Made by a program: the position numbers and the translations under genes. From Basidiobolus meristosporus CBS 931.73 (Eukaryota > Fungi > Basidiobolomycota), in NCBI GenBank assembly GCA_002104905.1, contig MCFE01000815.1, positions 1 through 33,660 of the forward strand: 33,660 nucleotides of DNA, read 5' to 3'. Of this stretch, positions 11,990 to 23,608 are shown one piece after another. The notes under the pieces were generated by a model, which worked only from the letters and a program-made list of their open reading frames with translations, did not search any database and was not told where the DNA came from. Within the stretch, counting starts at the first letter, position 1; the number at the start of each line of letters is the position of its first letter.

Positions 11990-13439
11990 ATTCTGACATT
12001 CAACAATGTAACGCTATTATATCACTTTTTGCCATCACCCATGTGAGTTTAAGACAGTCTTGAGTTTGTGACATAGCACCTACATCAATGTAAGACTCTA
12101 TAATGACCTGCCATAGTAAGTATCATAGATAAAGTTGTGTCATCACATGCACATGCATATGAAATACCATTTCCCCTTTGGTTTGACTCACTTCTATATA
12201 TATGCATCCTAAAATAAAGCAAAGTTACATTGTTCCCAACCAAACCCCACAGCTGACAGCAGCAGAAGAATGGTTAGACAACAGCTTGCTTTGACATTCA
12301 GTGCAATAAGCCATGCTACAGCCAAAAAAGGCCCTGTGGACAGTGTGCCCACTAAAGGTAATAGTGCAGACTCCTCAGGCTCTCAGTCAAGTAGGCAATT
12401 GGGAGCTTCTGTGGAGCCACAAGCTGGCCATATTATGGAGGCAGACTAGAATTTAGCAAAAGCAATACCCTCAGTTGATGACAAGCAAGCAGCTTACATA
12501 ATATCATTACCACCTGTATTTGCAGGTATCTTGTCAGCTCATACCAGAGCATTAATGAGGCAATTGAATGCAGTGGCTAATAGGATTGAAGTGATGGCCT
12601 TGAGAAGTCAGGAAATAGACCAGAGACAGGATGAGCAGATAAATGGTGTAGAGTAATCAATATCCCAGGTAGAGAATGCAGTATCTTTGCTGCAAAGAAG
12701 GAACTAAAGTAGCTCCATGTCACAGCCAAGAATTGAGCAATTTCCCAATGTAATGGCCAAGGAACACTGTACAATCTTTGAGGTAAAACAACAGTCCCCA
12801 AAGATAAAGCCCACAGAAAAACCTATCATAGCATGGGAGGGTAAAAATGTAGTGCTTATACTAAAGCCTTAAAATCAAAAGATATTGAAGATCCATGAAG
12901 CTGTTGAGTGCAATGATAAAGATTGGGCTAATATTGAAGAGGCCATTGGATGTCTAGCATGGCAACACCTCAAGGCCAGCATACCATGGGATCATCATGA
13001 ACCCAAGGCCTAGTAGAATGCCCTTAACTTGCTCCACAAGCATTATCCTGGATTCAAACAAGCAAATGGATTTTGGGCCAACAATGGTACACTAAGAAGG
13101 TATCTCAAGTATAGCAGAAGCTATCAGCAGTAGAAGAACAAGGGTGCAATTACTAAAAGTCCGCAGCTTCCTTAAGAGGCCATTACAAGGAGGGCCAAAA
13201 GCTCCAAACAAGCATTAAAGACACATCAGGTAGCTGGAAGAGTGACAATAAGGGAAAAGCAGGCAGACACATATGCACCAGATTAACATTTACCAAGGAG
13301 AAAGTGTGGTTTTACTCAAGAAGCACTCAGTCAAATTAGCAGTGCAGGACCTGGCAGTGCTAAAAACAAGTAGCTACCTCAGAAGCCCATCATAGCATGG
13401 TCTGAGAATTGGAAATAAGCAGAAAAGAAGCGTTGTGGT

Positions 13440-13789
13440 TGTTGTAAAAAATTCGTAATTCCACCTAAATATTCACCTAACTTAGTCACTTAGATCATCA
13501 CCTTCAAATCCTAGAGAATACTGACCAAATTCCTTGTTGGGATTTACTTAGAATATTTTCACCAAAATACCAGGTACCCAGAACATGTAAATTCTCAAAG
13601 TTGTCCAAACAGCCCCAAACTTTGCACACATGTTCTTGGGACCTTCCTTAACCTATTCTACGTGTTTGTAATGCCAAGACCAGGTAAAAGTATAAATACT
13701 ACTTTTACATTCAACAAATCATTAAGTGAAAACCACATAATCTACTTGTTCTCCCAATCACTTCCAATATCTCCAAGACTCTTACAACA
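13440..13789 (+). repeat. Solo LTR of copia family A (350 bp)
   Basis: TGTTGTAA...TTACAACA ends, perfect 5-bp TSD GTGGT, closely similar to 8973-9320. Confidence 0.95.
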
Positions 13790-13794
13790 GTGGT

Positions 13795-14001
13795 GGTGTA
13801 TAAGTCCAAAGGGCAAAATATGGCCAACACTTCTCAAGTGTGTGTGTGTGTGGGGTGTTCACCGGGTGCAATAACCTGTGGCAAAAGCTTGCTAGGAATA
13901 CTGGGTCTTTTAACTAATCCAATGTGAAGGGGGATAAAGCCTCAAGCTTGTCAAGGGAAAACTATTGAGCTAAAATTCCCAACTTAGTTGGTGTCTTAAC
14001 A
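13795..14001 (+). repeat. Unclassified repeat S, copy 1 (includes a (GT)7 tract at 13838-13851)
   Basis: Inverted homolog at about 16255-16443 (ATATGxCCAACACTTCTCAAGTGT...GTGCAATAAC...GGCAAAAGC...AATGTGAAGGG...AAGGxAAAACTATT). Confidence 0.7.
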
Positions 14002-14009
14002 GAAGTTTA

Positions 14010-14871
14010 TACTGGCTTCAACATCCTTTGTGATGATAGTGTACTAAAGCTTCCAAAGTCAGAACAACTGTAAAATCCACCAACAGGGACTTGATAAGAA
14101 TGCACTTTTGACCAATAGTTATAAAAACTGAAAAGTATCTTTGCCTGTACAAGAACAAACTTGGGAAAACAATCAAATATAATAAAATATACCTACTCTG
14201 AGAATTTCTTCTCACAGGTATTGCCTCCAAGGTCAGTTGGCTGTCAGCATGGTTTCCTGGGAGTATTGTAAGGTCTAAGTCACAAAGTAGTGGTAATAGG
14301 TAGCAGTGATCTCACTAATCAATAAGTCAGAATATTGGAAGGGGAAATGGTTTATTTGTAGGGATAGCCTCCCTTATATACTTTTTTGCTGCTCAAATTC
14401 TGGCTAGAAAATACTTTCCAGAAGTTTCTGGAAGGTAGTAGAGAGTCAATCATGTCATTGCGTACTAGAAATAGCTCAAATTCTTGGCAGATTGTTCCAT
14501 GAGACATAGTAGCACCTAGCCAATGAGATAGTGATATTATGAAACCTCTGTGTCATGTATTTACCTCATATGGTAGCAGGATAGGAGGGCTATGAAACCA
14601 GGATGTTCACATGCCATAGGCACTGCTGCAGGTACTTGCTGTATATGGTAACTATCTTATCATGGCATCTTAGCAAGGAATAGGAATAGCTTGTACAATG
14701 GGTTAAGTGTGACAAATAGTCTGCCAGGTCACATAGTAATAATTACATAGACAGATAGAAAATATTGCAATTTGGGATGATACTAATATAGGGGGGGGTA
14801 ATTCTTTTTAGGGAAGTGAATGTATAGGAATGAGCACATCTGCCTGTGGGTGTCACTCTGGCCCCACTATA
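14010..14871 (-). repeat. Probable 3' LTR of gypsy D (left boundary unknown)
   Basis: On -, the purine tract GAGAGGGGTGGA is followed by TATAGTGGGG (a TG start decayed to TA) right after the integrase. TATA-like AAAAAGTATATAAGGG near 14375. Confidence 0.4.
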
Positions 14872-14929
14872 TCCACCCCTCTCAGCTTTGAGCTCAGGTC
14901 AAAGCAAACTAAAGGTGATGTGCAAAATT

Positions 14930-16250
14930 CTGGTGCTTTAATAGGTAAAGTCTGTTTCCTGCCACAGGTACTCTTAGCAGTGTTTCATCAAATTCAGACA
15001 AATAGTAGCCTCCATTTCCAATCACCTTGGAAATAATAAATAAACAGACCACTTATTGTCAAATTTGTGGCTCTACTGTTTATCTAAAGTGGAATCATAG
15101 AACAATACTGGATCTTCTTGCAGTAGTGGCTTGGGTCAAAGGCTATGTGACTTGTCAAATGATTCCTTGTTCTGAAGTCTGGTCTCTTTGAGTTTAGCAG
15201 CTGCTTTAGTAATATCAAGTTCATGGTGATCAAGCTGTTTGATGTGTTTAGTCAGTAGTTCTTCTGTATTCTTAGTAGTTCTCCACTCTAGCATGCTCCA
15301 TGATGTTGAGTCAAGCTCTACTGGAGGAATGCAATTATGTCCATAAAGTAATTTGAATGGAGATAGGCCTGGGCTACATTTTGTAATGATCCTATCTGCC
15401 AAGAGTGCTAGATGAAGTTGTTTAGGCCAGTGTAGTGTTATGTTCTTGCAGCTCTTGACTAGGAAGTTAACAAGTGGGCCAAGGCCTCTTTCAACCATTT
15501 CATTAGCTTGTGGGTGATGGGCAGTGGTGAAAGAAATACATATCTTGTATTGTGAGCAGAGTTCCTGGATCAAATATGAAGTCATTTCTCCTTGGTCAGC
15601 CACAAACTGGCTGATGCAACCTAATCTGCATATTATATCTTCAAGAATAAATCTCCATATTGTGTGGCTTTTGTTATTGGACAGAGCTCAAGCTTCTACC
15701 CATCCACTTGGATCATCTCTGGCAACAACTAGGTACTTCTTGGTTCCAGCAGTTGGCATGTGGACCAGGTCAATGCTAACCTTCTGCCATAGGCAAGGTG
15801 CATAGGTTGGATGGAGCAGCTCCTCATATCTATTGGTTGACCTTCTTTGGCAAATGTCACAAGGTTCAACAAAGTGTTGGACATCATGATACATATTCTC
15901 CAAGTAATATCTACTGTAAACACTATTGTTAGTGGCATCTCTTCCTCTATGAATACCAGGTCTTCCTTCATGAAGGCTTGACATAATAGTCAGTTGTTCC
16001 TTGGGCCTAACTATAACTCTCCTGGGTGTCTGTCCAGGCTTTACCCAAGAGGAGGCCCCCCCTGCTTCCCCCCTGGCCAACCCAGGGGGCCTAAAATGGC
16101 TCCTTATAATACCCCAATTGCCTCAATAAACGCCACCTTGCTTTTTCCCTTAAATAGCCCCCACATGGCCCCCCCTCCACCCCCCATCCAAAGGATGGGG
16201 AGGGGTGGGGGGCCATCTTACGGGGGGCTACCTGTGGCTTTGGAAATGGG
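14930..16250 (-). pseudogene. pol: Ty3/gypsy integrase remnant, element D
   Basis: H2C2 zinc domain SLHEGRPGIHRGRD...FVEPCDICQRR, core KVSIDLVHMP...YLVVARDDPSGWVEA...ADQG...HPQANEMVER, C-terminal YYLSEFDETLLRVPVAGNRL. Confidence 0.9.
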
Positions 16251-16254
16251 GGCA

Positions 16255-16443
16255 ATAATGGCCTACTAAGATGCCAGCTGTGGTGCGTATAGTAGATTAA
16301 TAGTTTTTCCTTGAGAAGCATCTGGATTTATTCCCTTCACATTTGAGTAGGGACAAAGCCCAGGTTTTCTAGACAGCTTTTGCCGGATGTTATTGCACTC
16401 AGTAAGCACATACACAAGACACTTGAGAAGTGTTGGGCATATC
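16255..16443 (-). repeat. Unclassified repeat S, copy 2
   Basis: Reverse-complement homolog of 13818-14001. Confidence 0.7.
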
Positions 16444-17548
16444 TATTGTAAGAGTCTTAGAGATATTGAAAGTGATTGGGTGAATAGGTAGAATGTAGAG
16501 TCTTTACTCAATGATTTACTGAATGTCAAAGTAGTATTTAGACTTTTAACTGTCTTGGCATAACAGACATGTAGAATATGCACAGGAAGATCCCAAAAGC
16601 ATGTGTGCAATACTAAGGGCTGTGTGGACAACTTTGGCAATTTTTGTGGTCTGGGTACCTTATGTTTTGGTGAGAATATTCTAAGTAAATCCCAACAAGG
16701 AGTCTGGTCAGTATCTTCTAGGATCTGCAGGTAATGATCTAGGCTACCAAGTAGGTGATTATCTAGGTGAAATTATAAATGATTGTAGCACTCCCACTCC
16801 ACTAAATGCTCTTACAGACCAGTCCCAATTTTCACCTGAGATATCAAAAATTATCTCTAGGTAATGGCTTTGTAAATAATTCTGCAATCGTTTCATCTGT
16901 AGGATAGTAAGCCAAGCTAGCTAAGTTACTCTCTTTAGCTTCCCATTGGAAATGCTGTGTAGCATCTATGTTCCTGGTTCTAGCATGAAAAATTGTATCT
17001 CTATCTAATTATATATACATCCTTGATAATCTTGAAATAAAGTGGTATATATTTTTTGACATAAGCTTAAATCTTTCAAGCAGCTTCCTGAGCCACATTG
17101 CTTCATTTATAGCTTCACAGGCTGCTATATATTCAGTCTCCGTGGTAAAAAGAGTACTGGTTTGTTGCTTTCTTGAATTCCATGAAATAGCTCCTTTACA
17201 GTGTGGAAAAGTGTATCCTGTGCTGGATCTTTTGCCTTCAGCATTGTATTCCACAAGATCTTTCTGAGAGTCCCTTTAAGTGTACCTTAAACAGATATCA
17301 GCAGCTTCTATTAGGCTTCTGAATGTCTGCCCAACTGCTGCAATTTGATGAGTGCCATAGTTCTGACTATGTTGGCTGCCAACTCCCACTGACTATGAGA
17401 TAACTGGACATGCTCCAAGCATGATATAAATCCGACTGCTACAATAGATTGATAAGCAAAGTCAGGGCTTTTAGATGGCACCCTGTTCTCTTGATTTGAT
17501 TGAGAGTTGACCAAGTCAAGGTTTGTCACCTTTGGGGTTGCTGCTAGT
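16444..17548 (-). mobile_element. pol: 3' end of a copia family-A relative (end of RT, RNase H, PPT, 3' LTR 16444-16790)
   Basis: RSSTGYTF...AISWNSRKQQT...TETEYIAACEAINEAMWLRKLL (RNase H). Purine tract AGTGGAGTGGGAG at 16791-16803 precedes an LTR homologous to, but visibly more diverged than, the other two family-A LTRs. Confidence 0.9.
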
Positions 17549-17599
17549 TTACTCTACAAGAAATTTTTGTAATGATCCCATAAAAAAGTCATCACAAAG

Positions 17600-19878
17600 T
17601 TAAAGTCCTGTGACTTAGTGGTTCTGATCCTGTCAGGACAGTGTCCAGAGACCATTGAAATGTAATTGCGCCCCAGATTTCACAAGAAACTTAGTCAAAA
17701 TTTTTCATCACAACAATATGTAAGTGGCTTTTGATTGGTTCCCTGCCAATTTGCTCACTTTCTGATCCCAGACACTCTATCACCTCCTGCATTTGTGTGA
17801 ATTGATTGGTTACTGCATTATTTTCACACTCCTCACTTCCGGAATCAACTGTTTCTCTTACTTTTCATACATACAAATTGATTTATTTCCAATGAAACTT
17901 CTGTTGTACCTCAATTGCCAATTGTATTGACCTATACAAGTCTCTATACCCTGCATAAACATAAAGTCCAACCTCAAACTCAACAATTAACTCCACTAAA
18001 GTCTCCCACTTAATAAGTATTTCTGCTCTAACACCCTGGTTCCACAACTTTGGCAGGAACCCAACAGCTTTGTGCCACTGTTCAGTCACTGGTTCCCACA
18101 TGTCCTGGTTTTCTGCTGGCACTGCAAGGTCTAGCTGCTCTTCTGCCAGTCTTTGCAATAAGTTCTTGCAATATTCCAGTGCATTTTCTTGAGCACTGCT
18201 ATTGAAGAAGTGCTGCAACCTCTTGGTGTGCCTATTAATGTTTCAAAATTCCACTGAAGGCATTGTGATAGTATTTTGAGCTCTTAACATTATAGCCATG
18301 TCTGTCAGTGGGATCTCCACTCTGTCAACAATGGAGGATGTGGAGGCTCTGGTAGGCAAATTGCCATTTTCTGCAATTACATCTATCTTGCTGGAGTGTA
18401 GCTCAACTGGCTGCACTTCCAATGCTTGTGAAAACAGTTGTTTTCTTGTTGGTAATTCTTCTAGGCTATGATGAGATTCAATCTGTCCCGGGCTTGCGGC
18501 ATTAATTGGCAAGAACTGCAGTTTTTTTTGCATGCCTCCTTGTCTCAGGCTTGGGTAGACATTTTTCCCTCTACCTTTTCCTTTATCACAGCCAGGTCTG
18601 TCACTACTACCTTTCTAAGTGCTTCTTGTAAAGAACTAAGTTTTCTCCTTGATAAGTTCTACTCTGACACTTCTATTTTGGCCTGCTTGTCCCTTGCTAG
18701 CACTCTTCTGGCAACCTGACATTTCTTTTCCACTTGTTTTGAGCTCTCAACTGTAGTTGTGATGGGCTTCTGCAAAAGCTGCTGGCTTTCATCACTGCCA
18801 GGTCCTTCACTGCTACTTTACTAAGTGCTTCTTGAAATGGTAATATGCTTTTTCCTTGATATATGTTGCACTGGTGAATCTGTGTCTGCCTGCTTATCCC
18901 TAATTGGCACTCTTCCAGCTACCTGACATATCTTTGACACTTGTCTGGAGCTTTTGGCCCTGCTTGTAACAGGCTCTTGAGGAAGCCACTAGTTCTTAGC
19001 CATGGTACCCTTGTTCTTCTGCCCTTGATAGTTTCTGCCATTCTTAAGATGCTTTCTTAGCATACCAATGCTGGCCCAAAATCTGTTTGCCCATTTGAAT
19101 CCAGGATATTGCTCATGGAACAGGTTGAGTGCATTCTGCTTGGCCTTGAGTTCCTGATGGTCCCATGGTATGCAGGCCTCAAGGTGATGGCATGCTAGAC
19201 TTCTAATGGCTTCTCAAATATTAGCCCACTCTTCATTATTGCACTCAATGTTTTGACAGACCTTCAATGTCATTTAACTTTTAGGCTTCAATGTAAACAC
19301 CACATTGTTCTTCCCACACTGTGATAGGTTTTTCTGTGGGCTTTATCTTTGAGGACTGTTGTTGTACTTCAAAGACTGTACAGGGTTCCTCTGCTGTTAC
19401 ATAAAGAAATAGCTCAATTCTTGGCTGTACATTCAGCTACTTGAGTTCCTTCTTGGCAGCAAAGATACTGCTTTCTCTGCCTGGGATATTGATTGCTCTA
19501 CACGGATTATCAGCTCATCCTGTGTCTGGGCTATTTTCTTGCTTCTTGGGCCATTGCATCTATCCTATCAGTCACTGCACCTAATTGCTTCATTATTACT
19601 TTGGTATGAGCTGACAACATGCTTGCTAATATGGGTGGTGGCAATGTTGCAATAGCCACTTGCTGGTCATCAACTGAGGGCACTGCGTTGGCTACATTCT
19701 CATCTACCTGAGCATAATGGACAGTTTATGGCTCTGCCAAGGTCCTCAATGGCCTACTTGACTGAGAGCCTGAGGAGTCTGCATTATTACCTTCAATGGG
19801 CACACTGCCCACAGGGCCTTTTTTGGATGCAGCCCTGCTTGTTGCACTGAATGTCAAAGCAAGCTGTTGTCCAACCAT
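17600..19878 (-). pseudogene. Decayed partner ORF of the CACTA-like element, function unknown
   Basis: Conceptual reading through stops: MVGQQLALTFSA...PPPILASMLSAHTKVIMKQLGAVTDRIDAM...IECNNEEWANIREAIRSLACHHLEACIPWDHQELKAKQNALNLFHEQYPGFKWANRFWASIGMLRKHLKNGRNY..., then a ~206-bp duplicated basic segment and a Cys-containing part. The ATG is present in 3 of 4 copies. The 3' end is uncertain. Confidence 0.6.
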
Positions 19879-20139
19879 ACTTCTGTTGCCATCAGCACAG
19901 GTGTTTGGTTGGAAACCAGAAGACTTTGCTTTGTTTTTTGGTGGCATAAAATGGAAGTGAGTCAAACCAAAGGAGAAATAGTGTTACATATGTGTGTGTA
20001 TGTGGTGCCACAACCTTATTTGCAATGCTTACTATGGCAGATCATCATTGAATCTTACATTCATGTAGGGGCAATGTCTCAAATACAATACTGTCTTAAG
20101 TTCACATGAGTATTGACCAAAAAGTGATATAATAGCGAT

Positions 20140-20350
20140 AGACTTGTTTCATTATTCCAGCTGATCATAGTGCCCAGTAGTGCCATAGCATGCCAGATGG
20201 TGCTTGATCATGCCACAGAGTGCCAGATGGTGCCATACAGTGCCAATTTGGGATCAAAATTGACATGCATATGAGCCTAAAATATCAAAATAATAACAAA
20301 ATATGCAGCACTTTCTGGCACTATGATCAATGGCACAAATGAACAAGTCT
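20140..20350. mobile_element. 211-bp MITE of the AGACTTG family, second copy
   Basis: Highly similar to 11780-11989. Flanks GAT/ATT, and a 3-bp duplication fits the empty-site length. Confidence 0.9.
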
Positions 20351-20382
20351 ATTATGTTGCTGAAGGTTAAACTGTTTGCCCC

Positions 20383-21663
20383 ATGGACAAGACTACTTTG
20401 ACTCAATGCTGTAAGAGAACAGAGAAGAGACCATGTGGCTATTGTAGCAAGCCGCTCATCCATTGAGCCTGCAGACAGCATAGCAAGTATTACAAGGATC
20501 AAAGCCAGTGTTGTGCTACACAAGTCATATTTGACCATTATCTTGCAGGCTAGTTGATACTTCTATATCAGCACCTGGCCATCTTTGTCACCTTGCACAA
20601 ACTGAGCCAGGTGAGTTTTTGATGCCTTTAGGCTCACCTCAGCCTTCTGAACATGGCATGCAGAGTGATAGTGCTGAGAAAGAAGGTTCACTGATAGATT
20701 TTGAGCCTATCTCCACTAATAACAGCACCATGTATGAGCCTGGTCAAATCCCTATATGAAACAAGACAACACCCATTGAAACAAATGCCAAGGATAATTT
20801 ATGGAGCCAAGTGAGCCCAGTAATTCATCTACTGGTGAATCATGTAAAGTTGTGGCTAATGAAGTGGTGCATAACTGCTAGTTTCAGTAATGGGGGCTTT
20901 AAGGATTTATTACTGCCTCTTTACTAATTCATTCCAGGATGCAACTAATCATGTGGATGGTGTAAGTGGATAACAGTCATGTGGCTGGCAACATATGACC
21001 CAGAGACCGTCCTGATTCCTGCATAAGTTATGAGTTTCATGGCATTCATATCCAAAAATGCTACTATTGCAATGTGTCCAAATTGTCAGGAATGCACTAT
21101 CTATAAGGGAAGACATTGTTCACAATCTGGTTATATTCCAGTATTAACCCATCCAAAGAAGCATATATAGTCCCACAAATATTGCTATGCTATAAAGTAC
21201 TGCATTCAGTATTAATCAAGCGCAAAAATATCTTTTATATTCAATGGTAAACATTACAAAAAGCTAATAATCAAGGGCCACATTGAAGGTATATATGACC
21301 ATGCCTTTGCCATAGCACTTAATGGATTCTCATTAAACAAGTACTCTACCAGCAAATCCTGCAGGCCACTAATTCCCATCAACCTAAATCTGCTACCTAT
21401 CTTACAGTATCAGAGCATAAATCTGATGGTAGTCTTGCTGGTATTAGGGACAATATCACTGTCCAACCTGGATTACTACATGTATCCTTTGCCGGATGAA
21501 TATCTTATGCTTTCCAGCGGGATAACTGTAAATAGCCATCAAGTAAAAGCACACATTATTATCTGTAGTGTAGAGACCCCAGCTTTCAGCAAGAGAGCAG
21601 GTTTTTCTGGGCACAATGGGCAGTTGTGCTGTTGAATGTATGAGATCCAGGGGATTTACTCCA
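20383..21663 (+). pseudogene. CACTA/EnSpm Tnp2-type transposase remnant, copy 4
   Basis: MDKTTLTQCCKRTEKRPCGYCSKPL... through ...VKAHIIICSVETPAFSKRAGFSGHNGQLCC*MYEIQG, colinear with 10600-11767 (-). Confidence 0.85.
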
Positions 21664-22390
21664 TGTGTATACAAAATCCCATTTGGTAAATTGGTATGGT
21701 AGCATTATACAAAGATAGTTGTAGGGCACCATACTGCTGTGAAAATGCCATCATTGACTTACAATGAGGCCATCAAGATAGCATTAACTTTCTGCCATAT
21801 AAGGGAGTTGGATGTACTGGCCGGCTAGTTCCATTTGAAATAGTTGCAGAGTGCATTGAGATTGCAACAATACCACACAATTATTGTCACAGCACCAATC
21901 AAATCCAGTCATGTATTGTAACTTTATTTAGCAGTAAAATTAGCAAAATGCCATCATGATCTGGTTATAAGATGGTCAAGGGAGTCACTGATTCAAAGCT
22001 GCTTGTATTTGATGGTCTCCAAACAGGAACCTGATGGCTGATCTGGATTGGATCCCCCACATGACAAAATTATTTTCCATAGGGGTAGTAGTTATATGGT
22101 GATATGCCAATCTTTTCCAATGATGATCTGCTGCATTTGCAAATAAACTTCAAAGTCTTTTTCCAAGTCTACCTCCCTGTCTGATAAGATTTGCCTGGGG
22201 CATTCAAACTTCATTTTAAGCTCATGGTAAAGGAGACTGGCAAATTCTTGTTTACTGGCTACTAGCACAACCCTAGCCACTGGCAATATGGTGGCTAGGT
22301 CAACTGCTACTAAAATCCACCCATTGCATTTTCCAGTAGTTGGAGTCTTCCAATAAAGTTCAATGCACATCTCTCAAGTGGTCTTACTAA

Positions 22391-22759
22391 TGTTACAAGT
22401 CTTGGTATAAGAGTTGTAGAGGAATAGGGAGTTTAGCTGGTATTGTATTCACTAAAACTTGAACTGATCTTTATTGAGGTTCCATCAGCTCCTTATATAC
22501 ATTTTGCCAGATCAATTGTTGACTAATTGTATTTCCTAATGTAGGTTGTGGCTGATGACTCATTTGATTGCATCATCATCACCCAATAAGATCCTACTCA
22601 ATATATCTATTTCTGTCTGATAAGGATCTGCTGATTCATTTGCTGACTAATGTTACTGATTTGTTAGATAATAATGATATACTAATAACCTAAGCATATA
22701 ACTAATTGATTTGACTAAAAACTGATCTAACTTAAACATTCAAGCAGCAGATCATAACA
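22391..22759 (-). repeat. Solo LTR of gypsy family E/F (369 bp)
   Basis: TGTTATGATC...GACTTGTAACA on -. Flanks CTAA/CCAA fit a 4-bp TSD with one C/T change. Homologous to the LTR at 29296. Confidence 0.85.
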
Positions 22760-23608
22760 CCAATGCCAAGGGACATAGATCAGCAATTCTCTGCCATTGA
22801 CCTTAGTTGAATTGGCAAACTGGGCATGTTTTCACCAGCATATTAATATTCTGTTTCATTCTGGTCCATCATGCGGTAGTTTTTACAATGGTACCAGTTC
22901 CTTCAATTCTGAGATGTCCATATCCATCAAGAAGCTTTTGTGTTAAATCCAGGCAAGCAACATTGGTGCACCAGGCAATAGGGCTCATATCATTACTTTA
23001 GTAGATTGTTTCATCCTGTACTACACACTTGCCAGCTTCATCCCAGAGTATAATCTAGATGTCTTCATCCACCTCATTAGTTATGGCTTGGCCCCTCAGG
23101 TAGTCTAGTAATATGCTAGGTCAATCTGATTTGTGCACCAGTCTGAGTTGTGCTACTTGTTCTGGTCTTGATAAGGCATCCTCAACAACATTATTCCTCC
23201 CAGGGCAATAGACAATATTGTGGTCAATTGCTGATTATATCTGTTGCATCTTGTCACTCATCTAGATAGTGCCCTCTGAGTAAATATGCACATCAGTAAG
23301 GCATGATCAGCCTTTACAGTTCACTTGACTTCAATAATGTTGCATCTCCATGTCTTTAAGCAGTATATTATGGCTAGCTTCTCCTTCTAATGCACTCAAT
23401 AGTTTGTTCTGCCAAGTTCAGTTTCTTAGATAAAAAAGCAATTGGGTATTCCTTTCCTTCCTATTCTTGGCTCAGTACTCCACCAATTGCAAAATCTGCA
23501 GCATTTCTGTAGATAGTAAACTGCTTTCTGGAATCAGGTATTCTTAAGCTTGGCAGCTTGTCAAGTTGATTCTAGAGTATCTTGAATGCAGTCCACAGGC
23601 AATATCCC

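Larger units (their letters stand above)
10365..13433. mobile_element. Two-gene CACTA-like element, copy 3 (transposase on -, partner ORF on + from ATG 12270), containing a MITE
   Basis: Inverted homolog of copy 4 across partner ORF, intergenic region and transposase. Confidence 0.8.
17549..21663. mobile_element. Two-gene CACTA-like element, copy 4 (longest; partner ORF on - from ATG 19878, transposase on + from ATG 20383)
   Basis: Homology to copy 1 from 17549 and to copy 3 through 21663. Both ends are truncation junctions and no TIR was found. Confidence 0.8.

Noticed and set aside
11778-11992. TA target duplication (Tc1/mariner) with GACTTG ends
   Set aside because: That model leaves an empty site 3 nt longer than the homologous site in copy 1. 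The 3-bp model fits there and restores the RT frame at 24366.
6264-17548. Copia A (5' half) and the 16444-17548 fragment (3' half) as one split element
   Set aside because: The order is wrong for a - strand element, and their LTRs are far more diverged from each other than copia A is from the 13440 solo LTR.
17883-18218. ORF resembling a gypsy gag C-terminus (...YRDLYRSIQLAIEVQQKF)
   Set aside because: The resemblance is weak, no retroelement context follows, and the region is colinear with CACTA-like copy 1.
21664-22075. Unassigned segment between transposase copy 4 and gypsy F
   Set aside because: No homology within the window and no recognisable motif, so it is left uncalled.
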